From positions 11,028 to 75,027 of the forward strand of contig JANXSD010000163.1 of assembly GCA_025352785.1 (NCBI GenBank): 64,000 nt of DNA. Reading direction: 5' to 3'. Positions 19,680 to 28,528 of this stretch are shown here, in pieces (positions within the stretch are counted from its first letter, which is position 1; each line of letters begins with the position of its first letter). The notes beneath the pieces were generated by a model. The model had not been told where the DNA came from and did not search any database. It saw only the letters and a program-made list of their open reading frames with translations. The position numbers and the translations under genes were made by a program. The stretch comes from Bacteroidota bacterium. Lineage in GTDB: Bacteria; Bacteroidota; Bacteroidia; AKYH767-A; OLB10.

Positions 19680-20819
19680 TTACGAATTTTCTATCACTAA
19701 TTTTGCAGCTTCTTCTCCAACTAAAGTTCCAATTGCAATTCCCATCCCTCCCATCCGTACAGCGCAAAAAAGATGTTCGCTGATTTTTTTTACAATCGTA
19801 TTTTTCGTTTTACCCAATCCCATGATTCCGCTCCAACGTTGCTCAACAGTATAATTTTTAAGAGGTAAAATCATGGTAGATAATAATTCGTCTAGTTTAT
19901 TTTGGACTGTTTCCGTTATTCCAAATTCCATTGTTTTCTCTGTTTTAAAATCCAAATTTCGTCCTCCTCCAAAAAGAATTCTATCACCAACATTTCTAAA
20001 ATAATAATAACCTTTGTCGTAATGAAATGAACCTTTCACTTTTAAATTTTCAATCGGACTAGTTATCAAAACTTGAGCACGACCAGGCTCTACTTCTAAT
20101 TCTGGAAGCAATTGTTTTGCGAATGCATTCGTTGTTACAACTACTTGTTTTGCGATAAAATTAAATCCTTGTGCAGTCGAAATTTTAACACCTTCCTTCA
20201 ACTCCTCAAATGAATTTATTGCAATGCCATTTAAAACTTCAACTCCCTTTTCGCGAACAAATTTTAATATGGATTGCATCATTTTTCCTGTATCAATCTG
20301 ACCTTCTCCTGAATTAAGAATTAAATGTTGCACCTGTTCAAAACCAAAATCAGGAATACAATTATCTTTCTGCTGATAGGTATTTTTTATACCAGTAATT
20401 TTACAAAGTAAATTATTAAAATATTCTATCTGATCAATGCAATGATTAAAATTTTCTTCATCCGCATCAGCGAATACTTCATAACCACCTAATGCTTCGT
20501 AACCTATATTTTTATCGCCTAATACCGCTCGTAGTTTTTTTAATCCTTCCCATCTGCGTTGCACCAAATCAAAAACTTCCGACTCACTCATCTTTGTTAA
20601 GTCATCCATTAACTCCGTTAAACTTCCAAAACAAGCGAAACCTGCGTTTCGAGTACTCGCACCATATGGTAAAAATCCACGATCAATTACCAAAATCTTA
20701 TGATTAGGTTGGTACTCTTTAATCGCCCGAGCTGTATTTAATCCAACAATTCCACTTCCTATTACCAATACATCGATATTGCTGAAGTGACTATTCCTTT
20801 CCCAAAAGCTTAATTCCAT
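19680..20819 (-). CDS. FAD-dependent oxidoreductase (DAO / glycine-D-amino-acid oxidase family)
   Basis: 379 aa. N-terminal dinucleotide fold DVLVIGSGIVGLNTA. The substrate is unknown. Confidence 0.8.
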   Translation of the reverse strand: MELSFWERNSHFSNIDVLVIGSGIVGLNTARAIKEYQPNHKILVIDRGFLPYGASTRNAGFACFGSLTELMDDLTKMSESEVFDLVQRRWEGLKKLRAVLGDKNIGYEALGGYEVFADADEENFNHCIDQIEYFNNLLCKITGIKNTYQQKDNCIPDFGFEQVQHLILNSGEGQIDTGKMMQSILKFVREKGVEVLNGIAINSFEELKEGVKISTAQGFNFIAKQVVVTTNAFAKQLLPELEVEPGRAQVLITSPIENLKVKGSFHYDKGYYYFRNVGDRILFGGGRNLDFKTEKTMEFGITETVQNKLDELLSTMILPLKNYTVEQRWSGIMGLGKTKNTIVKKISEHLFCAVRMGGMGIAIGTLVGEEAAKLVIENS

Positions 20820-20884
20820 ACCTCAAATATAGGATCAATGCTGGTTTTCGACCATATCCCCATTTCGAAACCCAACTAAAAACT

Positions 20885-20892
20885 TATCTTTG
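20885..20892 (+). promoter_or_regulatory. -7 box TATCTTTG for ychF
   Basis: Perfect TAnnTTTG match 23 nt upstream of ATG 20916. Confidence 0.5.
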
Positions 20893-20915
20893 CGCCTTCT
20901 TTAGAAAAACAAAAT

Positions 20916-22016
20916 ATGGGATTGAAATGTGGCATCGTGGGCCTTCCAAATGTTGGTAAATCCACCTTATTTAATTGCCTATCCAATGCAAAAGCGCAGG
21001 CTGCAAACTTTCCTTTTTGCACGATTGAACCTAATGTGGGTGTTATCACAGTACCCGACGATCGTTTAAATATCCTCGAAGGCATTGCAAAACCTCAAAG
21101 AGTAGTTCCGACTACTGTTGAAATTGTTGATATCGCTGGTCTAGTAAAAGGTGCTAGCAAAGGCGAAGGATTGGGCAACCAATTTCTTGGAAATATTCGT
21201 GAATGTGATGCGATACTTCATGTTTTGAGATGTTTTGATGATCCAAACGTAGTGCATGTTGATGGTCAGGTTAATCCTGTTCGTGATAAAGAAACGATCG
21301 ACATCGAGCTTCAGTTAAAAGATTTAGAAACGGTTGAGAAACGCATGCAACGTATCGAAAAGCAAGCGAAAGTGGGTACCGATAAAGAAGCTAAAAAAAC
21401 ATACGAAATTTATCAGCAATTAAAAGAACATCTTGAGAAAGGAATGTCGGCACGTTCTGCACTTTTATCGGAAGATGATTGGAAACTCGCTGCTGATTTA
21501 TGGTTGCTTACCGCAAAGCCTGTGATGTATGTTTGCAATGTAGATGAAGGTTCAGTGGTTACTGGAAATAAACATGTAGAAGCAGTTCGTGCAGCAGTTT
21601 CATCCGAAAATGCAGAAGTACTTGTTATCGCTGCAGCTATCGAAGCAGATATCGCACAACTTGAAAGCTTTGAAGATCGTCAGGCATTTTTAACCGATTT
21701 AGGATTGACAGAATCTGGTGTAACGAAATTAATTAAGACTGCATATCGTTTGTTAAGCTTGCAAACTTATTTTACCGTTGGTGAAAAAGAAGTTCGTGCA
21801 TGGACCATTCATCAAGGTATGACAGCTCCACAATCAGCGGGAGTAATTCATACCGATTTTGAAAAAGGATTTATTCGTGCAGAGGTAATTCATTACAATG
21901 ATTTTGTTACTTTAGGTTCTGAATCAGCTTGTCGCGATGCTGGAAAATTGGCAGTAGAAGGAAAAGAATATATTGTGCAAGATGGTGATCTAATGCATTT
22001 CAGATTTAACGTATAA
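20916..22016 (+). CDS. ychF: ribosome-binding ATPase YchF
   Basis: 366 aa. GIVGLPNVGKSTLFN, DIAGLVKGAS, NVDE, and a conserved C-terminal domain ending GDLMHFRFNV. Confidence 0.97.
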   Translation: MGLKCGIVGLPNVGKSTLFNCLSNAKAQAANFPFCTIEPNVGVITVPDDRLNILEGIAKPQRVVPTTVEIVDIAGLVKGASKGEGLGNQFLGNIRECDAILHVLRCFDDPNVVHVDGQVNPVRDKETIDIELQLKDLETVEKRMQRIEKQAKVGTDKEAKKTYEIYQQLKEHLEKGMSARSALLSEDDWKLAADLWLLTAKPVMYVCNVDEGSVVTGNKHVEAVRAAVSSENAEVLVIAAAIEADIAQLESFEDRQAFLTDLGLTESGVTKLIKTAYRLLSLQTYFTVGEKEVRAWTIHQGMTAPQSAGVIHTDFEKGFIRAEVIHYNDFVTLGSESACRDAGKLAVEGKEYIVQDGDLMHFRFNV

Positions 22017-22044
22017 AAATAAATTAAGCTTAAATAAATCCACC

Positions 22045-22761
22045 ATGGGAAGAGCTTTTGAGAAACGTAAACATAAAATGTTTGCGAACAATACAAAGAA
22101 TGCGAGAGCATTTACACGTATCGGAAAAGAGATTGCAATTGCAGTAAAATTAGGTGGTAATAATCCTGATGGCAATCCTCGGTTAAGAATGGTGATGCAA
22201 AATGCGAAAGCATTAAACATGCCCAAAGATCGTGTTGAAGCTGCCATACATCGAGCTGAATTAAAGGATGCGAAAACACTCGACGAAGTAGTATTTGAAG
22301 GGTACGGTCCGCATGGAATTGCTATCGTTGTTGAAACAGCAACAGATAATAATACACGCACCGTTGCAAATATTCGTATGTATTTTAATCGTTCGGATGG
22401 AGCATTGGGAAAAACTGGTTCACTTGATTTTTTATTCGACAGAAAAGGAATCTTTACCATTGAAAAAGGTAAATGGCAAATGGAAGATCTAGAATTGGAA
22501 TTAATAGATTTTGGTGCGGAAGAGCTCGAAGAGCATGAAAACGAAATTTACATTTATACTCCTTTCACTGCTTTCGGCTCAATGCAAAAAGCATTAGAAG
22601 AAAAAGGAATCGCAATCATCAGTGCTGAATTAGACAGAATCCCAACAACATCAACTGAACTCACTTCCGAACAACAACAAGAAGTTCATGTCCTCATCGA
22701 AAAATTAGAAGAAGACGAAGATGTTCAAAATGTTTTTCATAATATGAAAGAAGAAAATTAA
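22045..22761 (+). CDS. YebC/PmpR family DNA-binding transcriptional regulator
   Basis: 238 aa. The MGRAFEKRKHK.. N-terminus and YEGYGPHGIAIVVE block are typical of YebC. Confidence 0.93.
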   Translation: MGRAFEKRKHKMFANNTKNARAFTRIGKEIAIAVKLGGNNPDGNPRLRMVMQNAKALNMPKDRVEAAIHRAELKDAKTLDEVVFEGYGPHGIAIVVETATDNNTRTVANIRMYFNRSDGALGKTGSLDFLFDRKGIFTIEKGKWQMEDLELELIDFGAEELEEHENEIYIYTPFTAFGSMQKALEEKGIAIISAELDRIPTTSTELTSEQQQEVHVLIEKLEEDEDVQNVFHNMKEEN

Positions 22762-22791
22762 GTCTCGATAGCTATCGGGATAAGAATTAAG

Positions 22792-22837
22792 AAGCAGCCC
22801 AATAAAATTTCTCATGAGAAATTTTATTGGGCTGCTT
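22792..22837. terminator. 46-nt perfect palindrome (about 21-bp hairpin) between convergent genes
   Basis: AAGCAGCCCAATAAAATTTCTCA|TGAGAAATTTTATTGGGCTGCTT is self-complementary over its whole length. It lies between the yebC-like gene (+) and the 22930..23238 gene (-). No clean U-tract on either side. Confidence 0.5.
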
Positions 22838-22929
22838 AATTTATAACATTTACTTTATCAATAAATTTCAACATTAAATTTAATCTCTCTTTTTCAAAAT
22901 TAACTGCAATTCAAAACCAACTTAAAATT

Positions 22930-23238
22930 CTAATTATTTCCACTATTAGGAGGACTTGCAGCAGCCCAAACTACCCAATCAGTAGTATTGTCCTCCATTT
23001 TCTCTGGATTTTTCTTGTCATGATACGAATAAGAACCAGGAGTTGGTTTTAAAATGGATTTTAAAATTGAAATCCAAACAAAAGGGAAAAGCCATATCAT
23101 TATATAATGAAACACTTTTCTCCTTCCAATATAAAAAGAGTTCTTTTTGAAAATAATTGAATATTTTAATGAATAAATAAAATAGTAAATTAATACTGCC
23201 GTAAGTAATGAATATTTAAAAATTGACTCTGTCGCCAT
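22930..23238 (-). CDS. hypothetical small membrane protein
   Basis: 102 aa with two hydrophobic helices. No motif I recognise. Confidence 0.45.
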   Translation of the reverse strand: MATESIFKYSLLTAVLIYYFIYSLKYSIIFKKNSFYIGRRKVFHYIMIWLFPFVWISILKSILKPTPGSYSYHDKKNPEKMEDNTTDWVVWAAASPPNSGNN

Positions 23239-23320
23239 AAGATTAAAACGTAATAATTTATAAATTTAATACTATTTTACTAATTACAAATTCTGTTCAA
23301 ATAATTGTTAACACAAACTC

Positions 23321-26300
23321 CTAATTCGCAAAATTATAAATTGTAGTTCCACTAAATAAAACAAAACTCTTACTCCATGTTTCCATTGAATTTCTATGAC
23401 GAACAATGATATAATAATTATTTCCAGATGCAGCGGCAGGAAATGGAATTGTAGCATTTCCAGAAATGTTTAATACTCCTGTTGCAGCATACACTAATCC
23501 ATAAGGTGATGATGCTGCATGTAACTCAACAGTGATCGTATCCGTTTGTCCGGCTGCAATAATAGAAGTCATTTGTCCGCTGCCCAAATAAAACCCTTGT
23601 ATGAATACATGTAATTGTAATGATACATTATTACTAACTGTAAAGGATGGGCCAGTTGCAATTCCACAAATTGTTGTCACTCGTACAACACCTGTTGTAG
23701 CTCCAACAGGAACCGTTGCATTAATTTGATTGTCGCTTACAACAGAAAACAATGGTGCATTAATACTATTAAATGAGACTGCAGTAGTAGTTAAAAATCC
23801 AGATCCACTAATGGTGATTGATGTTCCAACAGCTGTAGAAGTAGGAGAATAACTTGTTATAACTGCCGGGTTAGATGCATTTACATTTATTGTATTTGAA
23901 ATCGCAGGACATAATGCAGGAGCCGCAGGAAATGTGATTGTCCAACTATTAATTGTTCCTACATCCGATGCGGCACGATCATACGCAAATAATTTCCAAG
24001 CACCATTAGGATTTATACTTCCAGAATTAATTGCAGCAAATGTTAAAATTGTTGTTGCAGGTGTACATCCTGTAATTGTGAACATGGTTGCCCATGGTTT
24101 ATACAAACCAGTATAGGGAGATCCAGTAGCTGGAATTTGTGCAGAACCTGAATCTGCAAAAACAGAATTTGTAAAATTATGACCATTACTTCCAATAGCA
24201 TTTACCAATCCTAATCGCTGACCACCAGGTGTTTCAAGATACATCTGAAGATCTGCATCCCATGTATGTGTTACATTAATGGATATGTAAATTTTTGCTG
24301 TAGTAATTGTTGATGTATATCCTGATACATTTATTGTGCTACTTACTCCAGTACAACTATTGTCAGGAATTGAAGCAGTAGTTGTATTACTAAATGTAAG
24401 TGGAGCATACGAAGCAACATCATAAGCACCACTTTGATTTACACTGAATGCAGTTGCATTCGCACCAGCAATATCAACTCCATTTTTTCTCCATTGATTA
24501 TAAGAACTTGATGAAGGAGTAAACGACAAGGAAACAGAACTGCTCGTACAAATTGTTGTTGCACTTGCGGCACTTACCACGCCTGGACTAGGACTATTCA
24601 AAAGATTAAGCGCTAACGTACTTACTATTCCACTTCCACATCCATTAGTTCCTGCAACAGAAATTGATCCCGTTGTTGCTCCAAACGTTACTGTAATTGT
24701 ATTTGTATTTATTCCTGTTGTGATACTTGCACCTGAAGGTAATGTCCAATTATAACTTGTTGCGTTTGCAATTGAAGCAACAGAATAAATATTTCCAGTA
24801 CTATTTTTACAAGAAGAAGTAGGTCCGCTAATCGCACCAGCAGCAGAAGGAAGTATTGAAACTGAAACTGAAAATAAAGGAGAACTTCCACCACTAAAAC
24901 ATGCATTAGAAGCTATAACACTTACATTACCTGAAATAGCAACTGCTGAAAAAGTAACTGTAATGCTTGTTGTATTATTTCCGGCGGTTATACTTGCACC
25001 TGTTGGCAACGACCACGTATATGTTGTAGCATTTGTAATGGAAGTAATTGAAAATACTACCGATGTCTGTCCTTGACAAACTGTAGCTGTTCCCGTAATA
25101 ACTCCAGCACTTGCAACAGTATTTAATTTCGTTAAATTAATTCCATTATCTGAACCAATAACTACTGGATTCGAACTAACAACACGAATGCGGTATCCAG
25201 AACCGGTTCCTACAGGTATTGTACAGGTAATTGTTCCAGAAGAAGAAACACTTGTTAATGTTCCGATGGAAATCGGACTGGAAAATGATCCTGCTGAATT
25301 TGATAATTGAGTAGTAAAAACATTACCAGCATTTGCTGGTCCATTCCCAGTGTAATCAACATTTAAATTTTGCCCAACACATAAATTTGTTGTAGAAAGT
25401 GTGTTTGTATTGAGCGTTGATAAAATTGCAGAGCTCGCTTGAATAGTAAAATTTACATCATTAATATCAAAGAAAATATTTCCTACTGCTTCTATTTTAA
25501 TACGCGCTTGAGTTGTTAATGTAGTTGGAACAGTTATTAATTCTGTACCATCATTTGGTGTACTAGCTGCAACAACATTTGGAAATGTTAATCCTCCATC
25601 TGTAGAAAAAGAAATCTTAACATTCGCACAGCTAATGGGTGAAATATTACTAGATGAAACATCCCACGTTACTGTTTGTGATGATCCAGAATTCCATATA
25701 ACAGCAGCATTTTGAACAGTAACTTTAAATGGAGTTGATGTATTAATTACCTGAACTTTTAATGTATCATCATTATGAGTAACACCTCCTCCACCACTTC
25801 TATTATCTCTAACAGTTAATCGAAATTTTAATGTTCGTGCATACGTTGGAAGGATTTCTCCAATTGTGGTTACATTATTTAAAATATCCGAAAGTTTTGG
25901 AAATGTTCTACTGGCACTTGTCACTGGAGAAAATGGTCGAAAGATCGGTGCATCTAAAGCTGGAGCATTCCACGCACCGCCTGTTGTTGTTTTATCAAAC
26001 TCTTCCCAGCTATACGTAATCGCATCCCCATCAGGATCCGAACCTACTCCAGTAATTGTAAATGGCGTTTTATATGGAATGACAAAATTTGCCGTTGCTC
26101 CAATGGATGCAAATGGAGGATTGTTTCCTGTAGCAGACTGTACAGCACAACCATTTCCAGTTCCTGTAACAGAAAAATTATAAATCTCATCAAAACTCCA
26201 GGTATGAAAATAAGCAATACTATGTTGGTCTAAATCATCGATGCCACAGATTCCGGCATACGCCATAATTGTTACTCCACTTCCAGGCTCGTATGCAGCC

Positions 26301-27403
26301 GATGCCGCACGATTTCCGCCACCGCATGATCCTAATACGCTATTGAAAGTATGATTCGCACCAAACTGATGTCCCATTTCATGAGCCACATAATCAACAT
26401 CAAAAGAATCACCAACAGGACTAGAATTTCCAGTTACGCCTTTAGCTTTGCTTGTTCCACATGGACTATTTAATTGTGCAATTCCTCCACCTCCAGTACT
26501 GAAAACGTGACCAATATCGTAGTTTGCAGTTCCAATTACACTATTAATATTTGTTTGATTTTCGGTCAACATGGTGCTCCCATTTGAATTCGTATATGGA
26601 TCAGTTGCCGCATTTAAATAAACCAAAAGGTTGTCGTTAGCGATCATCACCATGCGGATAGAAACTTCAGTTTCATAAATGCCGTTAACACGTAACATAC
26701 TCGCTACCATACCAGACATAGCACCTGAAGCAGTTCCACCTTTCGTAGCAGCATATTCTCCTGTACAAGCGAGTGCAAGTCTGTAAGTTCTTAATTGCGT
26801 TCCGTTAGATCGTAAGGTTGAATGATTTGCTGTAATTAAATTATTTTTACCAATGTGCTTCTCCTTTTCTGTTTCGCAAATAAATGAATTATATGCTTTC
26901 AAATCGTTGCTATAGTAAACGATATAATCACGAGTATTAAACTGATTATAAGGATCTATAAAAACACTTCCCTCAGGAGATAAAACCATCGCTTGAAATC
27001 CAAGATCTGTAAAACTAACTTTGATGATATCAGTAGGATGATCTACACCTTGCCCCGAAAATGTTTTAAACTCAGGAAACTTCTGCGCTAATTTAGGTTC
27101 CATCATGACCGTTTCCACCATTTTAAAAGAATGTATGGTTCCATTTGGGAAAGGAATTTCAAGAAAAACTGTACTTTTCTTACCAGCAGAAGTAAATTCC
27201 ATGGGTGAACTTGATAGATATGTCTTTAAAGAAAAAATATCTAACTGAAATAATTCGAATTTTGAAGGAAGTGCGTATCGTTCTGACCCATTTGCCAATT
27301 GATTTGATTGGATCTTTGTCCAGTATTTTTCAAACGAGGATTGCGCATACAGGCAGTTTAAACCAAAGCATAACACTAAAAGTACAAGTAGTGGTTTCTT
27401 CAT
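23321..27403 (-). CDS. giant secreted zinc metalloprotease (reprolysin/M12B-like) with PKD-like repeats, proprotein-convertase P domain and IPT/TIG domain
   Basis: I start it at the ATG giving MKKPLLVLLVLCFGLNCLYAQ (the track begins 11 codons upstream, at 27436). Zinc motif VAHEMGHQFGANH (HExxHxxGxxH). Tandem roughly 85-aa repeats (C.G......Y.V......TSY.W.LP.GASIT.G..T..ITV.F). P-domain-like block THTWDADLQMYLETPGG...GAWKLFAYDRAASDVGTINSWTITF. IPT-like block ITSYSPTSTAVGTSITISGSGF. The C-terminus is not a recognisable T9SS CTD. Confidence 0.85.
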   Translation of the reverse strand: MKKPLLVLLVLCFGLNCLYAQSSFEKYWTKIQSNQLANGSERYALPSKFELFQLDIFSLKTYLSSSPMEFTSAGKKSTVFLEIPFPNGTIHSFKMVETVMMEPKLAQKFPEFKTFSGQGVDHPTDIIKVSFTDLGFQAMVLSPEGSVFIDPYNQFNTRDYIVYYSNDLKAYNSFICETEKEKHIGKNNLITANHSTLRSNGTQLRTYRLALACTGEYAATKGGTASGAMSGMVASMLRVNGIYETEVSIRMVMIANDNLLVYLNAATDPYTNSNGSTMLTENQTNINSVIGTANYDIGHVFSTGGGGIAQLNSPCGTSKAKGVTGNSSPVGDSFDVDYVAHEMGHQFGANHTFNSVLGSCGGGNRAASAAYEPGSGVTIMAYAGICGIDDLDQHSIAYFHTWSFDEIYNFSVTGTGNGCAVQSATGNNPPFASIGATANFVIPYKTPFTITGVGSDPDGDAITYSWEEFDKTTTGGAWNAPALDAPIFRPFSPVTSASRTFPKLSDILNNVTTIGEILPTYARTLKFRLTVRDNRSGGGGVTHNDDTLKVQVINTSTPFKVTVQNAAVIWNSGSSQTVTWDVSSSNISPISCANVKISFSTDGGLTFPNVVAASTPNDGTELITVPTTLTTQARIKIEAVGNIFFDINDVNFTIQASSAILSTLNTNTLSTTNLCVGQNLNVDYTGNGPANAGNVFTTQLSNSAGSFSSPISIGTLTSVSSSGTITCTIPVGTGSGYRIRVVSSNPVVIGSDNGINLTKLNTVASAGVITGTATVCQGQTSVVFSITSITNATTYTWSLPTGASITAGNNTTSITVTFSAVAISGNVSVIASNACFSGGSSPLFSVSVSILPSAAGAISGPTSSCKNSTGNIYSVASIANATSYNWTLPSGASITTGINTNTITVTFGATTGSISVAGTNGCGSGIVSTLALNLLNSPSPGVVSAASATTICTSSSVSLSFTPSSSSYNQWRKNGVDIAGANATAFSVNQSGAYDVASYAPLTFSNTTTASIPDNSCTGVSSTINVSGYTSTITTAKIYISINVTHTWDADLQMYLETPGGQRLGLVNAIGSNGHNFTNSVFADSGSAQIPATGSPYTGLYKPWATMFTITGCTPATTILTFAAINSGSINPNGAWKLFAYDRAASDVGTINSWTITFPAAPALCPAISNTINVNASNPAVITSYSPTSTAVGTSITISGSGFLTTTAVSFNSINAPLFSVVSDNQINATVPVGATTGVVRVTTICGIATGPSFTVSNNVSLQLHVFIQGFYLGSGQMTSIIAAGQTDTITVELHAASSPYGLVYAATGVLNISGNATIPFPAAASGNNYYIIVRHRNSMETWSKSFVLFSGTTIYNFAN

Positions 27404-27620
27404 AAATTGATAATTTAAGGGAATTATAAATTCCATCTTTTAATTTCCTGATTTCTTTGGAAGAAAGCCTTAAAGCCCCAAGAATGGTTGCTAAGTTCAG
27501 AATAATCAAACGCTAAGTCAAGGAAAACTAAATTAAACATGACTTATCATCAACTTTACCATTTAAATGACTTGATTTTAGTAATCTTTTGTAATATTTT
27601 GAAATAAAGTAAGAAAAAAC

Positions 27621-27650
27621 TTGCTTTATTCGTATAAGATCTTAAATTTG
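27621..27650 (+). promoter_or_regulatory. Bacteroidota-type promoter for the mini-ORF: -33 TTG (27621..27623), 19-nt spacer, -7 TAAATTTG (27643..27650)
   Basis: Perfect TAnnTTTG with consensus spacing. The box ends 33 nt upstream of ATG 27684. Confidence 0.55.
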
Positions 27651-27683
27651 CAATTGTATACGTTGACTTGAAAACACATAAAA

Positions 27684-27863
27684 ATGAAAAGCATACTACT
27701 CAAATCATTACCCTTAATTGCATTCTTTGTAATTATGGCAATTCCAATGTTTGCCCAGAAAAGTGATCCTAATGTACCTATTGATGGTGGATTAAGCCTT
27801 TTGTTAGCTTCTGGAGCCGCATACGGAGTTAAAAAATTGAAGAATAAACGAAAAGAAAAGTAA
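27684..27863 (+). CDS. 59-aa pre-peptide: signal peptide + PIDGG motif + TM helix + poly-basic tail (candidate exosortase XrtF substrate)
   Basis: One codon below the track's 60-aa cutoff. My translation is MKSILLKSLPLIAFFVIMAIPMFAQKSDPNVPIDGGLSLLLASGAAYGVKKLKNKRKEK*. It is flanked by its own promoter and terminator, with xrtF starting 103 nt downstream. Confidence 0.7.
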   Translation: MKSILLKSLPLIAFFVIMAIPMFAQKSDPNVPIDGGLSLLLASGAAYGVKKLKNKRKEK

Positions 27864-27879
27864 TTGTCAATTCATCATA

Positions 27880-27913
27880 AAAAATGGTTAGCCTTAAAGC
27901 TAACTTTTTTTTT
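27880..27913 (+). terminator. rho-independent terminator after the mini-ORF
   Basis: AAAAATG-GTTAGC (27887..27892), loop CTTAAA, GCTAAC (27899..27904), then TTTTTTTTT (27905..27913). It starts 17 nt after the stop codon. Confidence 0.6.
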
Positions 27914-27966
27914 GTTCGTACGTATCATTTTGTTCAGCTATATTAGCAACATTATAGCTGATAATA

Positions 27967-28527
27967 ATGATACTGAAAATAATCAAAGATCCACGCCAAC
28001 AACAAATTGCTCTGTTTGTCATTAAAGCAGTGTTATTATATATAGTTTGGTTTATCCTTTACGATTTTCTTGTAGCACAAGATGGAGTAATCAATGTATG
28101 GCTAAATCATAGAGTTGCAACTGATGCTTCCTATTTTCTTGATGTTTTCGGACTCAACGGTGGTACCATTCCGGGAAACCATCAAACTGTTCTAATGATA
28201 AAGGGAGAAACTATGGTTGGAGTAGGAAACCCTTGTAACGGACTAGAATTATTTGCTCTCTTTGCAGGATTCATAATTTGCTTCCCAGGAAATACTAAAT
28301 CCAAATTTTGGTTTATCCCTTTAGGCTTTTTTATTATTCATCTTGTCAATGTTTTAAGAACTACGGCATTAGCATATATAGAATATAAAGCTCCGGAATA
28401 TTTAGATTTCAATCATCATTATACATTTACAATTATTGTTTATGCAATCATTTTTTTACTTTGGATGACATGGGTAAATCGCTATTCAGGATTTAATATC
28501 ACACCTGAAAATAAAAAATCAGCATAA
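27967..28527 (+). CDS. xrtF: exosortase family protein, XrtF type
   Basis: 186 aa and polytopic. Exosortase-type residues occur in canonical order: Cys in VGNPCNGLELF, Asn/Arg in HLVNVLRTTAL, His in DFNHHYTF. The small size and Bacteroidota host fit XrtF. Confidence 0.85.
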   Translation: MILKIIKDPRQQQIALFVIKAVLLYIVWFILYDFLVAQDGVINVWLNHRVATDASYFLDVFGLNGGTIPGNHQTVLMIKGETMVGVGNPCNGLELFALFAGFIICFPGNTKSKFWFIPLGFFIIHLVNVLRTTALAYIEYKAPEYLDFNHHYTFTIIVYAIIFLLWMTWVNRYSGFNITPENKKSA

Positions 28528-28528
28528 G

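Noticed and set aside
21990-22460. 156-aa ORF antisense to the yebC-like gene, with 21893..22111 antisense to ychF
   Set aside because: They are fully overlapped by highly conserved genes on the plus strand, with no motifs. This is typical shadow-ORF behaviour in AT-rich DNA.
23934-26183. Several 60-105 aa ORFs on both strands inside the metalloprotease gene (for example 24709..24906 and 25866..26183)
   Set aside because: They are by-products of the Ser/Thr/Gly/Asn-rich repeat coding sequence. The 1360-aa frame with the zinc motif and repeated domains is clearly the real one.
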